From assembly GCA_037379345.1 (NCBI GenBank), contig CM074520.1:21617488-21681487 (forward strand): a DNA stretch of 64,000 nucleotides, written 5' to 3'. The notes beneath the pieces are model-generated. The model was not told where the DNA came from and made no database searches. It saw only the letters and a list, made by a program, of their open reading frames with translations. This document shows, one piece after another, positions 1 to 11,900 of the stretch (the first letter of the stretch is position 1; each line of letters begins with the position of its first letter). This DNA is from Perna viridis. Lineage: Eukaryota. The position numbers and the translations under genes are program-made.

Positions 1-879
1 CATTATCTTTAAAAAAAGAAAGCCGACGCAGTAAAATTTGTTTTTTTTTTTACTTATAATTTTCTACAGTTCATTCAGAAATTTGCACATGGCACACAAT
101 TTCAATTTTCTATATACTCTTTTTTTGAACACAACTAAGTTATCAGTATTTGGCCAATCGGGAAACAGAATTGTGATCAGATGACTCGCATTTCCAAGGA
201 TAATAAGCAAAACGATACCGACTGCGTCGGAAAAATAACTTTTTTTATACTAGACATATTATAGTGACATGCTATCATTGCTTCTTAATCAAGTCCAACT
301 GTGATTGATGATTTTTCTCTGATCATGCATTATGGAGGTTTAATGTTATTCAAAGATAAACCGAGAGAACAAATGAACTTTGATAAGCCAATAAGAATTT
401 GAGAATGAGGATGATACTCTTGCCTTGTTCAATAGTAAAAACTGTTGACCTAGTAAACAGTGCAGGTCTTCAGGAGTTATAATTTAAAATGTTACACTTG
501 ATCAAAAATAAAAACAAATGTATACTTAACTATAATAAATGTTTTTTAAATTTGTGATTCTAACCGTCTCTCTTTGTGTGTGGGACTGTTTGGAACTTAA
601 TTTCTGTTATATGTTCTGTAACCAATCATCACGTTCACTTTACATTATAAAAAAAGCCCTTTATTATTATGCCATACTGCTGAGCACAGTTATGTTTGAC
701 AGCTTATTTTTTGTAAAGATTTTTTTAACCAATGGTTTATATACATATTTCATGTCACTGTTTGCACTGATCTGAGAAGTCACTTGATAAATTCACATAA
801 CCTTCCCATTAGTAAGAAGTACAAACATTATCAAATGCTCTCTTTGAATAGTAATGTCATATGCATATTGCTTTTACAG

Positions 880-1038
880 ATATAAAGAAAAATGTGAACA
901 CCAAATTATCTGCATGCAGTATGAAAAGCAAAAAGCTGCGGAAAATGTCAAAAAGTTATTTAATTGTCAGTTTGAAAGGGACGATGCTAAAGAAAAGGTC
1001 AAAAGTTTACAAAGTGATGCAAGCTATCTTAGAAACAA
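880..1038 (+). CDS. Gene A internal exon (159 nt, phase 2-2), coiled-coil: YKEKCEHQIICMQYEKQKAAENVKKLFNCQFERDDAKEKVKSLQSDASYLRN(K)
   Basis: Acceptor cttttacag, donor gtaagt, open frame; homologous exon at 47838-47945. Confidence 0.85.
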
Positions 1039-1749
1039 GTAAGTCAGCGTTACTTTCGAATTTGTTAAGAAATTTGAGAATAACAGTTACATATACCTGA
1101 TGTGGCCAACCTTCTTACCTGACTTGTATATATAGACGGTGAAGTGTAGCTTGTTTAGCGATTAGAATGAATGTTTCGCCCCTTCATATGTTTTTATTTT
1201 TGTTTTTGTTTTTATTTTCTGTAATTAAGTTTTCAGTTTATTTCATGCAGTAACACATGAAAGGAAAGTAGAAGAGATTGTGGTTAGGTCCTACATGCAG
1301 TGCCTGAATAGAACAAAAATACAGGTTTTATATTGGTAACATTGTCAGGAGGTATAAAGTGATCATGGCGACTGTGCTTTCCTCTGTCCCCTCCTTTTTG
1401 TTACATTTTCTGTGCAACTACTAATCTGATAGCCACTTAATATTTTGACAGAAGCTTTATATTATTGTGCCACATTTTGGGACATGATTTTAGACTCTTA
1501 ACAACATCAACTTTGGGTTATAAGGCTTCCTTCATAATTGGGGTTTATGGTTTGAATACAAAACTTTTGTTACAGTTGTTTCTCTAACTACTTATCACAG
1601 CAACTTGATATTTTGACACAAGCTTTATAAAAGTATGCCATATCTTATTTCTAACTCAGGCAACATCAAGTTACTGTTTGACAACTTTTTTTTACCATTT
1701 GGTTTGAATACAGTTATTCTATTAAATACCAGGAAAACTATGAACAATT

Positions 1750-1879
1750 NNNNNNNNNNNNNNNNNNNNNNNNNNNNNNNNNNNNNNNNNNNNNNNNNNN
1801 NNNNNNNNNNNNNNNNNNNNNNNNNNNNNNNNNNNNNNNNNNNNNNNNNNNNNNNNNNNNNNNNNNNNNNNNNNNNNNN
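1750..1879. other. Assembly gap (N run)
   Basis: Run of n. Confidence 1.
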
Positions 1880-2458
1880 GTTTTGCCCTGAGTAATTCAA
1901 AACTTATCTTTCATAGCATTTTAGTTAAATAGGTAAATTCCATGTTCATTTCTACAGAGTAACTTGTCAACTTTTTCTTACTTAAAGAACAAGGAGAGAG
2001 TCTCATGGCAATGAGAGAATCAATAGAGATATATAAAAGAGCTAATAACAACCAACAGAAATACATTTTAGAATTACAAAACATATGTGTAACATTGTTA
2101 TTGTCTTCATGATATATACTGTTAATGAATACTGGACATTCATGCAGAGGTTGATAAAAGGGGAATTGAGTTTTTAGTGGATGCTAAGAGCTCATTGAAA
2201 ACATTCATTTAAGTTCACCCACCCACTAAAAATACAATATTCCAGATTTGTGAACTATACACTTTCTAATTTAATTCGATATTAAAGCATTAACCTACTT
2301 GTTTTAAGTAGAAACGTGATGTTAATGCATGAGGCTATTTTTTGAAGTGACTATTGTCCTGTCCTGTATTTTACTAATACATCACATTGCTACAATAACA
2401 GTGTATTACATGTACATTTTTAATATTGTGTTGTGCATGATATTTTGAAAATTAACAG

Positions 2459-2803
2459 GGCCAGTCAACATGAGGATGAATTTGTGAAAGATGCAAAAAC
2501 AGCCATTGTTCACTACACAGCTAAAACCAAAAAGTACAAGAAATTAAGTAAAAAAGCAAAATCTGACAATTATAGATTAAAAATGGAAAAAGAGGAGTTA
2601 CAAACTCTTGTCCAAAAACTGAGGACTATTTCTAAGGAGGAGAAGGAGAAACATGAAAATGAAATTGACTCATACAATATTAAGATAAAACCATTAGAAC
2701 TATATAAAGTAAATTTCATCAAGACAATTATTGATGACGTCCCGTCCCTTGAAACATTACATGAAATGTTGCCCAGTTTGAGAATCATACTGTCATGGGA
2801 ATG
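2459..2803 (+). CDS. Gene A coiled-coil exon (ASQHEDEFVKDAKTAI...KIKPLE); 3' boundary uncertain
   Basis: Acceptor attaacag, phase 2. Clear homology to 52422-52660 stops at ~2700. The frame stays open to a weak phase-2 donor TG|gtagta at 2803; a phase-0 gtaaat lies at 2709. Confidence 0.7.
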
Positions 2804-3009
2804 GTAGTAATGGTTTTCATCAATGTTTTTTTACGAAAATTATCACAATTTTAAGCTGAAAATTCAAATAATTTCCAAATGCTTATAACCCCCCTCCCTT
2901 TGCCACGAGCACATAATTTTGGTTGATATTAGATTCTTTATGAACTATTGAGAGGTTCTTGCAGAAGGTGGTAGACTAACATCTACATGATCTGTGGTCC
3001 TTCCATCTT

Positions 3010-3350
3010 TATAACCAAGGTTATAGCCGTAATCAAAAGAATGTAATCCAGGGACAAAGACCAGACATGGAAAACAGATATACACAACAAAGAACATAAA
3101 GTAACTAAAATCATACATACAGAGTAACAAAAGTAAATGAGCAACTCGGACTCCACTAAAAACTGGGAGCATGGACCAGGTGCACCGGTAGGGTAAGCGT
3201 CCTCTGCTTTTCTAGAAACACCCGCCGAGTTGCTCATAAAATCAAGTCCGGGGTAGACAAACAAGGAAAGGGAAACTATGACCCGTTGAATAAATTAGTT
3301 TTCATGGTGCTGATTGGATAGACCATAACGATCCACGAGTTCATGATGAC
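3010..3350 (-). mobile_element. Penelope-like (Naiad-type) retroelement 3' tail copy
   Basis: Same sequence as the tail that follows the RT C-terminus at 20967-21500 and 49440-50010. Confidence 0.75.
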
Positions 3351-3881
3351 GAGTTTGCTCACAGTATTTGTAGTTAAACTCTGATGTCTGTATTGTGGGG
3401 TATATAGAGGTAGGGGTGTCTGTTCTTTCTACACCATCTTTGTTATACAGAAGGGTTACCCTTCTCGTTATCACTGCTCCCTATTTACCACTAATGTAAA
3501 TTTTATAGAACTTCCACAAATCATTTATTCAACATTGAAGATGTACAATGCACCTTCTATTTCAAATGTTGGATGTTTCATACATAGCTTCACCAATACA
3601 TGCAATATGGGGTGATGAATTAAAATTTGCTGTCTATATGTTTTATGCTTGTTGAAATTCTATAATCAACATTCTTCAATTGCTTTTACTCCGATTATGT
3701 ACATATATGGTTCTTAAGGCATTGAACACTTATAATTTCAAGGTCTTTGGTCAAAGCTGTATGTTACCAGATAAGGGAGAAGGGCATATCTATATGGCAA
3801 ATAATGCTAAAAGCTTGTTTTAGATATATTTAATATGAGTTGAAATAATTAAATCAAAGGGATATGTATGTTTAAACAAAG

Positions 3882-3977
3882 GTTTACAAGAGTAGAGAAT
3901 CGTAAATGTCTGAAATGTGATGTATATGAAAGAAAACTGTCAGAAGCAAAACAAGATTACCAAGAACTGCAGGATAA
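3882..3977 (+). CDS. Gene A 96-nt CxxC/coiled-coil exon: FTRVENRKCLKCDVYERKLSEAKQDYQELQD(K), phase 2-2
   Basis: aag acceptor (weak pyrimidine tract), gtaagt donor; same length, phase and Cys spacing as 55787-55882. Confidence 0.8.
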
Positions 3978-4104
3978 GTAAGTTATCTTCTATGCATTCA
4001 TACCATATATCAACATCTGATCTTGACAACTCGATTTATTTAATTTTCTTTCTCTTTAATTTGAGTTGAGTTAATAATAAATGGTAATATATTTATGACT
4101 AATG

Positions 4105-4177
4105 GTTAATGAGAGAAGAGAACTCTTAATGTCGGAAATGTGAATTTGATATGGAAGAAAACTGTCCGTGGCAAAAC
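4105..4177 (+). pseudogene. Truncated dead copy of the 96-nt CxxC exon
   Basis: gagaactcttaatgtcggaaatgtga...agaaaactgtc...gcaaaac resembles the live exon; no AG acceptor; stop codon. Confidence 0.7.
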
Positions 4178-4975
4178 TTCTTTTTATAAATCCCACAAAT
4201 TAATTTGGTGAGGTTTATAGGAATAACAACATTTATCTGCCTGTCTTTTTATCCACCAGTCTGTTCATAAAAATGTAATATATCCTAACCTGCTCAGGGG
4301 AATTTAAAGACATTTTATAGATGTTATAGGAAGGTTTGGCCTTATATGATATAGTTTCTGTTGGAAAAATTGAAAGGTTGATAATTGAACTGATGGGTTT
4401 TTATATATATATATATTTCAAAACAGGGGTATAGTCTTTTCTGAGTTTGCTCACAGTATTTGTAGTTAAACGCTGATGTCTGTATTGTGGGGTATATAGA
4501 GGTAGGGGTGTCTGTTCTTTCTACACCATCTTTGTTATACAGAAGGGTTACCCTTCTCGTTATCACTGCTCCCTATTTACCACTAATGTAAATTTTATAG
4601 AACTTCCACCAATCATTTATTCAACATTGAAGATGTACGATGCACCTTCTATTTCAAATGTTGAATGTTTCATACATAGCTTCACCAATACATGCAATAT
4701 GGGGTGATGAATTAAAATTTGTTGTCTATCTGTTAAATGCTTGTTGAAACTCTATAAATCAACATTCTTCAATTGATTTTACTCCGATTATGTACATGTA
4801 TGGTTCTTCAGGCATTGAATACTTTTAATTTCAAGGTCTTTGGTCAAAGCTGTATGTTACCAGATAAGGGAGAAGGGCATATCAATATGGCAAATAATGC
4901 TAAAAGCTTTTTTTAGATATATTTAATATGAGTTGACGATGATTAAATCAAAGGGATATATATGTTTAAACAAAG

Positions 4976-5071
4976 GTTTACAAGAGTAGAGAATCGTAAA
5001 TGTCTGAAATGTGATGTATATGAAAGAAAACTGTCAGAAGCAAAACAAGATTACCAAGAACTGCAGGATAA
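4976..5071 (+). CDS. Gene A second, identical copy of the 96-nt CxxC/coiled-coil exon
   Basis: Identical by eye to 3882-3977, with the same splice sites. Confidence 0.78.
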
Positions 5072-5198
5072 GTAAGTTATCTTCTATGCATTCATACCAT
5101 ATCTCAACACCTGATCTTGAGAACTCGATTTATTTAATTTTCTTTCTCTTTAATTTGAGTTGAGTTAATAATAAATGGTAATATATTTATGACTAATG

Positions 5199-5296
5199 GT
5201 TAATGAGAGAAGAGAACTTTTAATGTCTGAAATGTGAATTTGATATTAAAGAAAACTGTCTGTGTCAAAACAGGATTATCAATATTTGCAATAGAA
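5199..5296 (+). pseudogene. Dead paralogous CxxC exon (LMREENF*CLKCEF/frameshift/RKLSVSKQDYQYLQ*K)
   Basis: 98 nt, two stops, frameshift, acceptor reads atg instead of ag, residual donor gtaaat. Confidence 0.75.
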
Positions 5297-5424
5297 GTAA
5301 ATTACATACTATTTTTTAGAGTTTGATATTGTAACTGTAAAGAACAATACACTTGAAAAAATTCACACGTGTTAATTATAATTAAACTATTATCCAGTGT
5401 ATTTTAATATCTTCTCTCAATATC

Positions 5425-5750
5425 AAAACAAAATGTAAGGACTAACCTTACCTTTATCGGATTCCCAAACGTTATGAGAATCCATACAAAAAATGGTATA
5501 TAGCAGGATCTTCAACTTCCTCCACGAAGGAGATGGCAATTGATCTTACAAAGATATTGTCTGCATTGAATGATGTACAGGAAGCTTATTGCAATATAAC
5601 CTACTCTCGCAGTGGCATTTATCATATGTCAATACTTAAAAATTCTAGATTTACTTCTAAACCTTAAATCTCTCAACTTTTCGAAAATTAGTTTTCGCAA
5701 AACTTTTGACCACTGGAATCTTTACACTACGTTATCACATGATAAAGTAG
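5425..5750 (+). mobile_element. Penelope-like (Naiad-type) RT fragment, older subfamily
   Basis: Translates LPYLYRIPKRYENPYKKWYIAGSSTSSTK...YSRSGIYHMSILKNS/DLL...KTFDHWNLYTTLSHDK, matching the recalled YWIPKLHKNPYKxRFIAGS...TFDFSTLYTTIPH motif series. Confidence 0.75.
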
Positions 5751-5950
5751 AAAGGTCTTTCCGGGTCATGCCTATACGTGTACACGTATTCATTGTCCTT
5801 AAATATTAGAAATCTATTAGAAGTCCAGGAACAATTATTTTCACTTGATTGTCCGGGTCTCCCTTTTTATAAGCATTTAATGTGTAATCCAGACTCATAT
5901 TTGTGTTGGGTGAATTTTGTGTGACTTTTTAATGTCCAACATTCTTAACC

Positions 5951-8900
5951 ATACATAGCAAATAGACCTCAGTGTCTTGTGAAATCTTGAGACATGATTA
6001 AATGTCTTGCAATCATGTTTAAAGACATCTTGAGACATGAATTTTGTGTCTTAAGACATCTTCAGATCACATTCACTTGTCTTTTTTAAGACATATTGAA
6101 ACACAATAGTGAAAAATATTTTATATTTAAAAAAGTCCTGATACATGTACAAGCACATTACTTAACAAAAATTGTATTCTTCAATAGATTTTGACAGTTG
6201 CTACTGGCTTTTATACATACATGCTTCAGGTTGCCAAAGAGAGCTAAACATATATAGAAAATTCTTGATTGGACCTTCTAAAAGAACGCATGGGAAATTA
6301 CATATATATAACACCGTATTTGATGCTTTACCTATTTATTTTTCCATTTTTTTAAAATTTATTATTTCAACCAATGCTTGGCCAATTTTAGTGCGGACAC
6401 TCAATCCACCCTAAGCCATGTAAACATGTTGCTTCTGAAATTATCTGTAGTAAAATTTGTCAATATAATTTGTTTGTTTGTGACTAGTACCATTCATTTA
6501 TAACCAACCATATTTGCAATTCATATATATCACAATTTGTATCTGCTTTTATCTGTCAATTCAGAAACATCAAAATAATATCATAGAATAATGTCAAATC
6601 AGTCTTTAATTACAATTTCATCAAACAAAAATCAACATAAGATCTGCAAGTTTTAGAGAGATAAAATGTTATGAACACTTAGGGGCAAATATGGAAACAA
6701 TATTCAAGCTTTACAGTTGTCATTGAATTTAATATCAGACATGAAACTAGAAATCATTGAAATAGAATCCATCTCTTTGGCCAACTCCCGCCCCCTCACT
6801 CCCTGGGCAATTAATTATGTATGACATGGATTTTGGGAAAAGCTTACCAACTCAAGTTTTTCGGTTTATAATGCTGCACTCATATTCGATAGAAATATTT
6901 ACCTGTTGAAAAAGAAGTATGGAATCATATACTCCATACACAAATTTCTCACTGAAAAAAAAAGGAATATGACCTGGATGTCCTAGGCCACTATCAATGA
7001 TTCTTGACACACATTCGTTAGGTGTTCTACCTCAAGTCAAATATCAGAAGCTTACAATCATAGACAAAAAAGCTTCAGTGTGGACACGAGTTTGTCATTA
7101 AAAAAAACAACAACAAAACGTTTACCTTAAGGTCAATGTGTCATAGTCCAATATCCATGGTAGGGCATGACACACATACTTTAGGTGATCTACCCACATG
7201 CCACATAGTAAAAGCCCAAATCCAAAGACAAAAATGTTACAGTCTGGATACGAAATTACTACCCCAAAAAAATAGGAATTTGACATTAAGGTCCAAGATA
7301 AAAGGCAAAAGACCACTATTAGGTCAAAGATTTGATAATTGACATTTACTTTTATGGCATACCGTCTCAGTGTAAAAAAGTGGTTGACAACTTTATAACT
7401 TCATTTTTTAATTTTATTTCTAATAAAATCAAGCATACACATTCATATGACGTCGAATCTAATTATCCTCAATATTACATAATTTAAAAACCGGGAACAA
7501 AATACACATACATTTACATGATAGCGAGATTCAGTATATCAAATTAACCCAGAAAAACTACATGCAGATATCAAAATTATTTGATGGAATTTATCTCTAT
7601 ACACCCCCATCTTAAGACTGAGAGTAAACCATAAGTTGAATATTAGTACATGTATTAGACAATAAAATGGTTTGCATAGCGCAGCTTGATACTTCCGCAG
7701 AGGTTGAACTCTAATCAGTTGGGGAAAGTACTATTCTAACTTAACAAAGCTTTGAATTTGACACCAGAACTACAGTGGTCACTTCAGCTATTTATCCCTA
7801 AAAAGTCAGTCCCAGTCAAAACCTGCAAAATTAATCCTACCTTGTACCTTGTGGCACAATTACGATGTAATGCATGCATTTTCACTCAAGTTATTGCCCA
7901 GAAATCAGAAAAAAATACAAGAACCTTAGTGAGCGCGCTCAAATACCCCACGCGTCCCAATCTTGAATACTCGAGTAAAATTGTTTGTAAGAGATATACT
8001 TATACACTGTATAAGGACCCCGATACAAAAAGGAATAAGAGTGTTTTTAGGCTATAGACCTTTATCTTCTAACTAAATTCTGTTACTCAAAATGGTAGTT
8101 TCAAAATCCAGACTGTGAGTTTTAGGTAATCCAAAGTAAATATCATCGTAGCGGAACAAAATGTACATTTGACCTGTAACTTGTCATGGTGAACTTTTAT
8201 ACCAAACATCATGTCATAATTTACAACCGTTTAGAAAATAAGCCGAAATACGGTTCTTCTGTGAATTTAGCTGAGTTCAAAGCCCGTAACTTCGGTAAAA
8301 ATCATCGGAGCGGAACTAAAAATAGACTTGTCCTGTAATTTATTATACATTTATATGCTAAAATTCGTGTTAATATCTGCAAGCATTTAGAAAAAAGTCC
8401 GGAAAAGTGTTACTTCTGTGAATTTTGCTATGCTCAAGGCCCGTAATTTCGGTACAAATCATCGGATCGGAACGAAATATAAACTTAACCTGTAACTTAT
8501 CATGGAGAACCTATATACCAAATGCTTGTCAATATCTGCAAGCATGTGAAAAAAAGACTGAAGCTGGACTGACCGACGGGGTCAAAAACATTATACCCTT
8601 TGAAACCCTTCACTGGTATTCTTACTTGGAACAAGTCACAATCCTAAAAAAAAAATGCTTACCCAAGTGCAGCATGGTACAACCCCAGTGGTCAAACCCT
8701 GAACAGTTGGGGCCAGTGCGGACACAATACTGGGATTTGACCCACATAATCATAGGGACATACAATTCATTATGGACAAAGCAACTTTTTTGAAGACATA
8801 ATATAGCACAAAACTTGAAATTCAATAAAAAAAAAATCAAAATCAAGCCAAAATATTAAAATGCCAATTTTTTTCGGATTTGGCCCCTTTCATTGACACC

Positions 8901-11900
8901 TTATAACTTGAAAACCATAAAAGATATCTGAAACCTGATTAAACAATACAAGCAGGGATTTTAATTAGGCATCCAATTAAAACAATTCTCAAAATTGGAC
9001 CAGAAGTAAAAAAGTTATTTTCTTGACATCAGGAAAGTGCATGTTTCTGGCTTCTTATTTCTGGAAAGTTCAAGTCTTTACCCCAAAGTCAATCAAAGTC
9101 TGACCATTGTGGTATTGAATATTGTGACACAATATCATTGACTGCACTCATATGTTTCTTTAAGCCCATGGTTTGGACTATAACCCTCAAGATCAATACC
9201 AAACTTCCTTTTCTGGGTTGTAACCTAAGTCCTTATAAAATTTAATAAAAATCAACCAACGGATACTCAAGTCCCAGAAAAACCAAGTGTCTAAAAACAG
9301 ATTTTGAACCCTATTATAAGACGTCATAAAGATAAAGAAACAAATATTCAAGTTGTTGAATGAAATTCAAGTGTCTACACACAGTGTTGACGACACATAA
9401 ACAGCAATATATATGTACCATTATTCAATTACAATTTTGTGCTGTTCTATTTAAAGTAGTAACTTAGTCTCATTTTCCTGACATTTAAATAGATGCAAAT
9501 TATGGTATTAACTCACATGGACTTTTATGCAAGATAAGCAAAAAGGCCAACACTATTACTAAGGATAGAGATACATGTAATTCGAATTTATCCTCATACA
9601 TGTACATGTAGGTGTTAACTTGGAGAATCCTGCATAGGTTTTTAACTTGTGAAGCCGGCAAAAATGGCTATTCTTATATTGTACTTACATGTACATGTAT
9701 GATGTTATGATCTGTGTCTGTAAAATATACAATCAATGAAATGTTTTTGTTGACATGTGACTATTCTACTATTTGTCATCAATGATTGGATTAATTCAAA
9801 TCGCATTTTAAAAAAGTTTAAGAACTGTTTTATTATTTTTTATTCAGACAAATATATAAAACATGCAAACTATAACATGTTTTTAGCATTAAAGGGTACC
9901 AGTGAAGTGTAAAGAAAGAAAACACAGTGAACTACTTGATTCTTTAACTCAATCAAGATGTGAGGAGAAAAAAAAAGAAGATTGACAATAACATGTTGAA
10001 GTACATTAAAGCACAGTTCAATTTGTCTGTTAATGTACGATTGTAATGTACATTGCATACTAAAAATGTCGTTTCTTGAGTATTCATGTTTTGTTTTTTT
10101 TTCATTTTAAAAGCACAATACAGGTATTTGTTTATTGTACATTTGGCAAGCATTTTGAACATGTTTACTGACCGCTAAGTGACTAGGTATTTTGTATGTG
10201 ACACAAAAAATCTCCTGTAATGGACGATTTTAACATTTGCCATATAGAACAAATGTATGTCGAATCTTTGTTGAAACTGGTTTGATAGCTGACAAATTAA
10301 GGACATAAGATTTTCAGGCTATAAGAACAGTAATCATGGTAGTAATTATGTGTAAACACATCTCCAAACGTAGTAATATCTAAAATGTTTTTTTTATGTT
10401 TGCATCATTAAAATGTAATAATCGATTTAAATTCTGTACCATTGGCTCTCATTGAAATGTCTCTGATTTTTGGCCTGTCAAACTCAGTTGTCTTCCATAG
10501 AAATACAGATCTTTGCCAGAAAGGAAGCGTATGCAAAATGCATAAACGCTCAAGGTTTACTAAGAAATACATGTACTTCTCTCTTTTCTCTGTTTTTCAC
10601 TTAAGACACAAGCAGAGAAACATGGTAGGTGAATCTTTATAGAACTTGAGAATCAGGCAGCCTTCCTTTATCGTGTCTTGTTTTAACGATTTTATTCCAA
10701 CTACAAAATAAACCACAAAGCACCAAGTTTCAAATATTTCTGTTACATACATACAACTGTATCTTATTCAATTAATTGAGGGTTTATCATCTGGGAAAAT
10801 TCTTTGTCCATGATACTTGTCCATAAGTTGGGTAATTATTTATGTTGTTTCAAAGTGGGACAAGTACAATTTCTAGTGTAATGCGCTTTCAAAGCATATA
10901 TACATGTACCAGGGGAAAACAAGCATACTGTCCAATTTCCGAAAATCCACATAGGTGTAAGGTACATGTACTTATAAAATAAAGCGAATGTTTCATGAGT
11001 ACAAAAAAGCGTGGCGTTTTCTCAGTTCCATGCGATCTGTCGTTAAAAGTGTAGCCTCAAATTAATCAGTTAAAAAATAAAACAAGAAAAATACTTATCT
11101 GACTAATTGTTGATAATTTTCTTCGTATTTCGGAAACCAGTCTAGTACCAAATGCTACTTCGTCCCAGGAAAGTTTCGTTCCTTTTTAAGTTCGTACCAA
11201 TTTCAAATTCGAAAACGTATTTTATATAAATACTCGATCCTTTATAAATGTGTATAAAATTGATTTTTTAAATAATTATATCTCCACAATAATTTAGATG
11301 GAATAAATGAACCATGATATAAACTGACCTGAAAATGTATTTTTTCTGAGAGGACGATGGAAGTATAAAGCCAAAGTCTTCCTAAAATGTAAGGTGTATA
11401 CTTTTAAATTTATTTGTCAGTGTTTCCGAAAGAAGAATGTTTGAAGTTACACGATTTACATGTGTATATGCTTTGAAATCGCATTACACTACAAATTCAA
11501 CTTGTCCCACTTCGACACAATATTATAATTACCCAACTTACGGACAAAAAAATTTCCCAGATGATAAACCATTAATTAATTGAATAAGATAAAGTTGCAT
11601 GTATGAAACTGAAATGATATTTAAAACTTGGTGCTTTGTCAAATTTCGTAGTTAGAATAAAATCTTACACGATAGAGGAATTCTTCCTGACTTCTCAAGC
11701 TCTATAAAGAATCACCTACCACGTTCCCCTACTTATGTCTATAGTGAAAAACAGAGAGAACATAGAAGTACATGTATTTTCTCTAAATGTAACCTTGGGG
11801 CGTTTTGCACTCACTTACTTTCTGGAAAATATCTTCATTTCTGTGGAAGTCAACTAAGGTTGACAGGCCTAAAATTAGAGACTTTGTAATGAAAGCCAAT

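Larger units (their letters stand above)
3351..5270 (+). repeat. Tandem direct duplication, offset ~1.09 kb (3351-~4177 vs 4443-~5270), each unit carrying a live 96-nt exon and a dead exon copy
   Basis: gagtttgctcacagtatttg starts at 3351 and 4443; near-identical with scattered substitutions. Confidence 0.95.

Noticed and set aside
1625-1900. ORFs spanning N runs (also 15116-15436)
   Set aside because: Artefacts of assembly gaps.
2945-3264. Hydrophobic ORFs (MLPVFSGVRVAHLLLLL...), recurring at 20952, 49731 and 61365
   Set aside because: These are translations of the T-rich non-coding retroelement tail, not membrane-protein genes.
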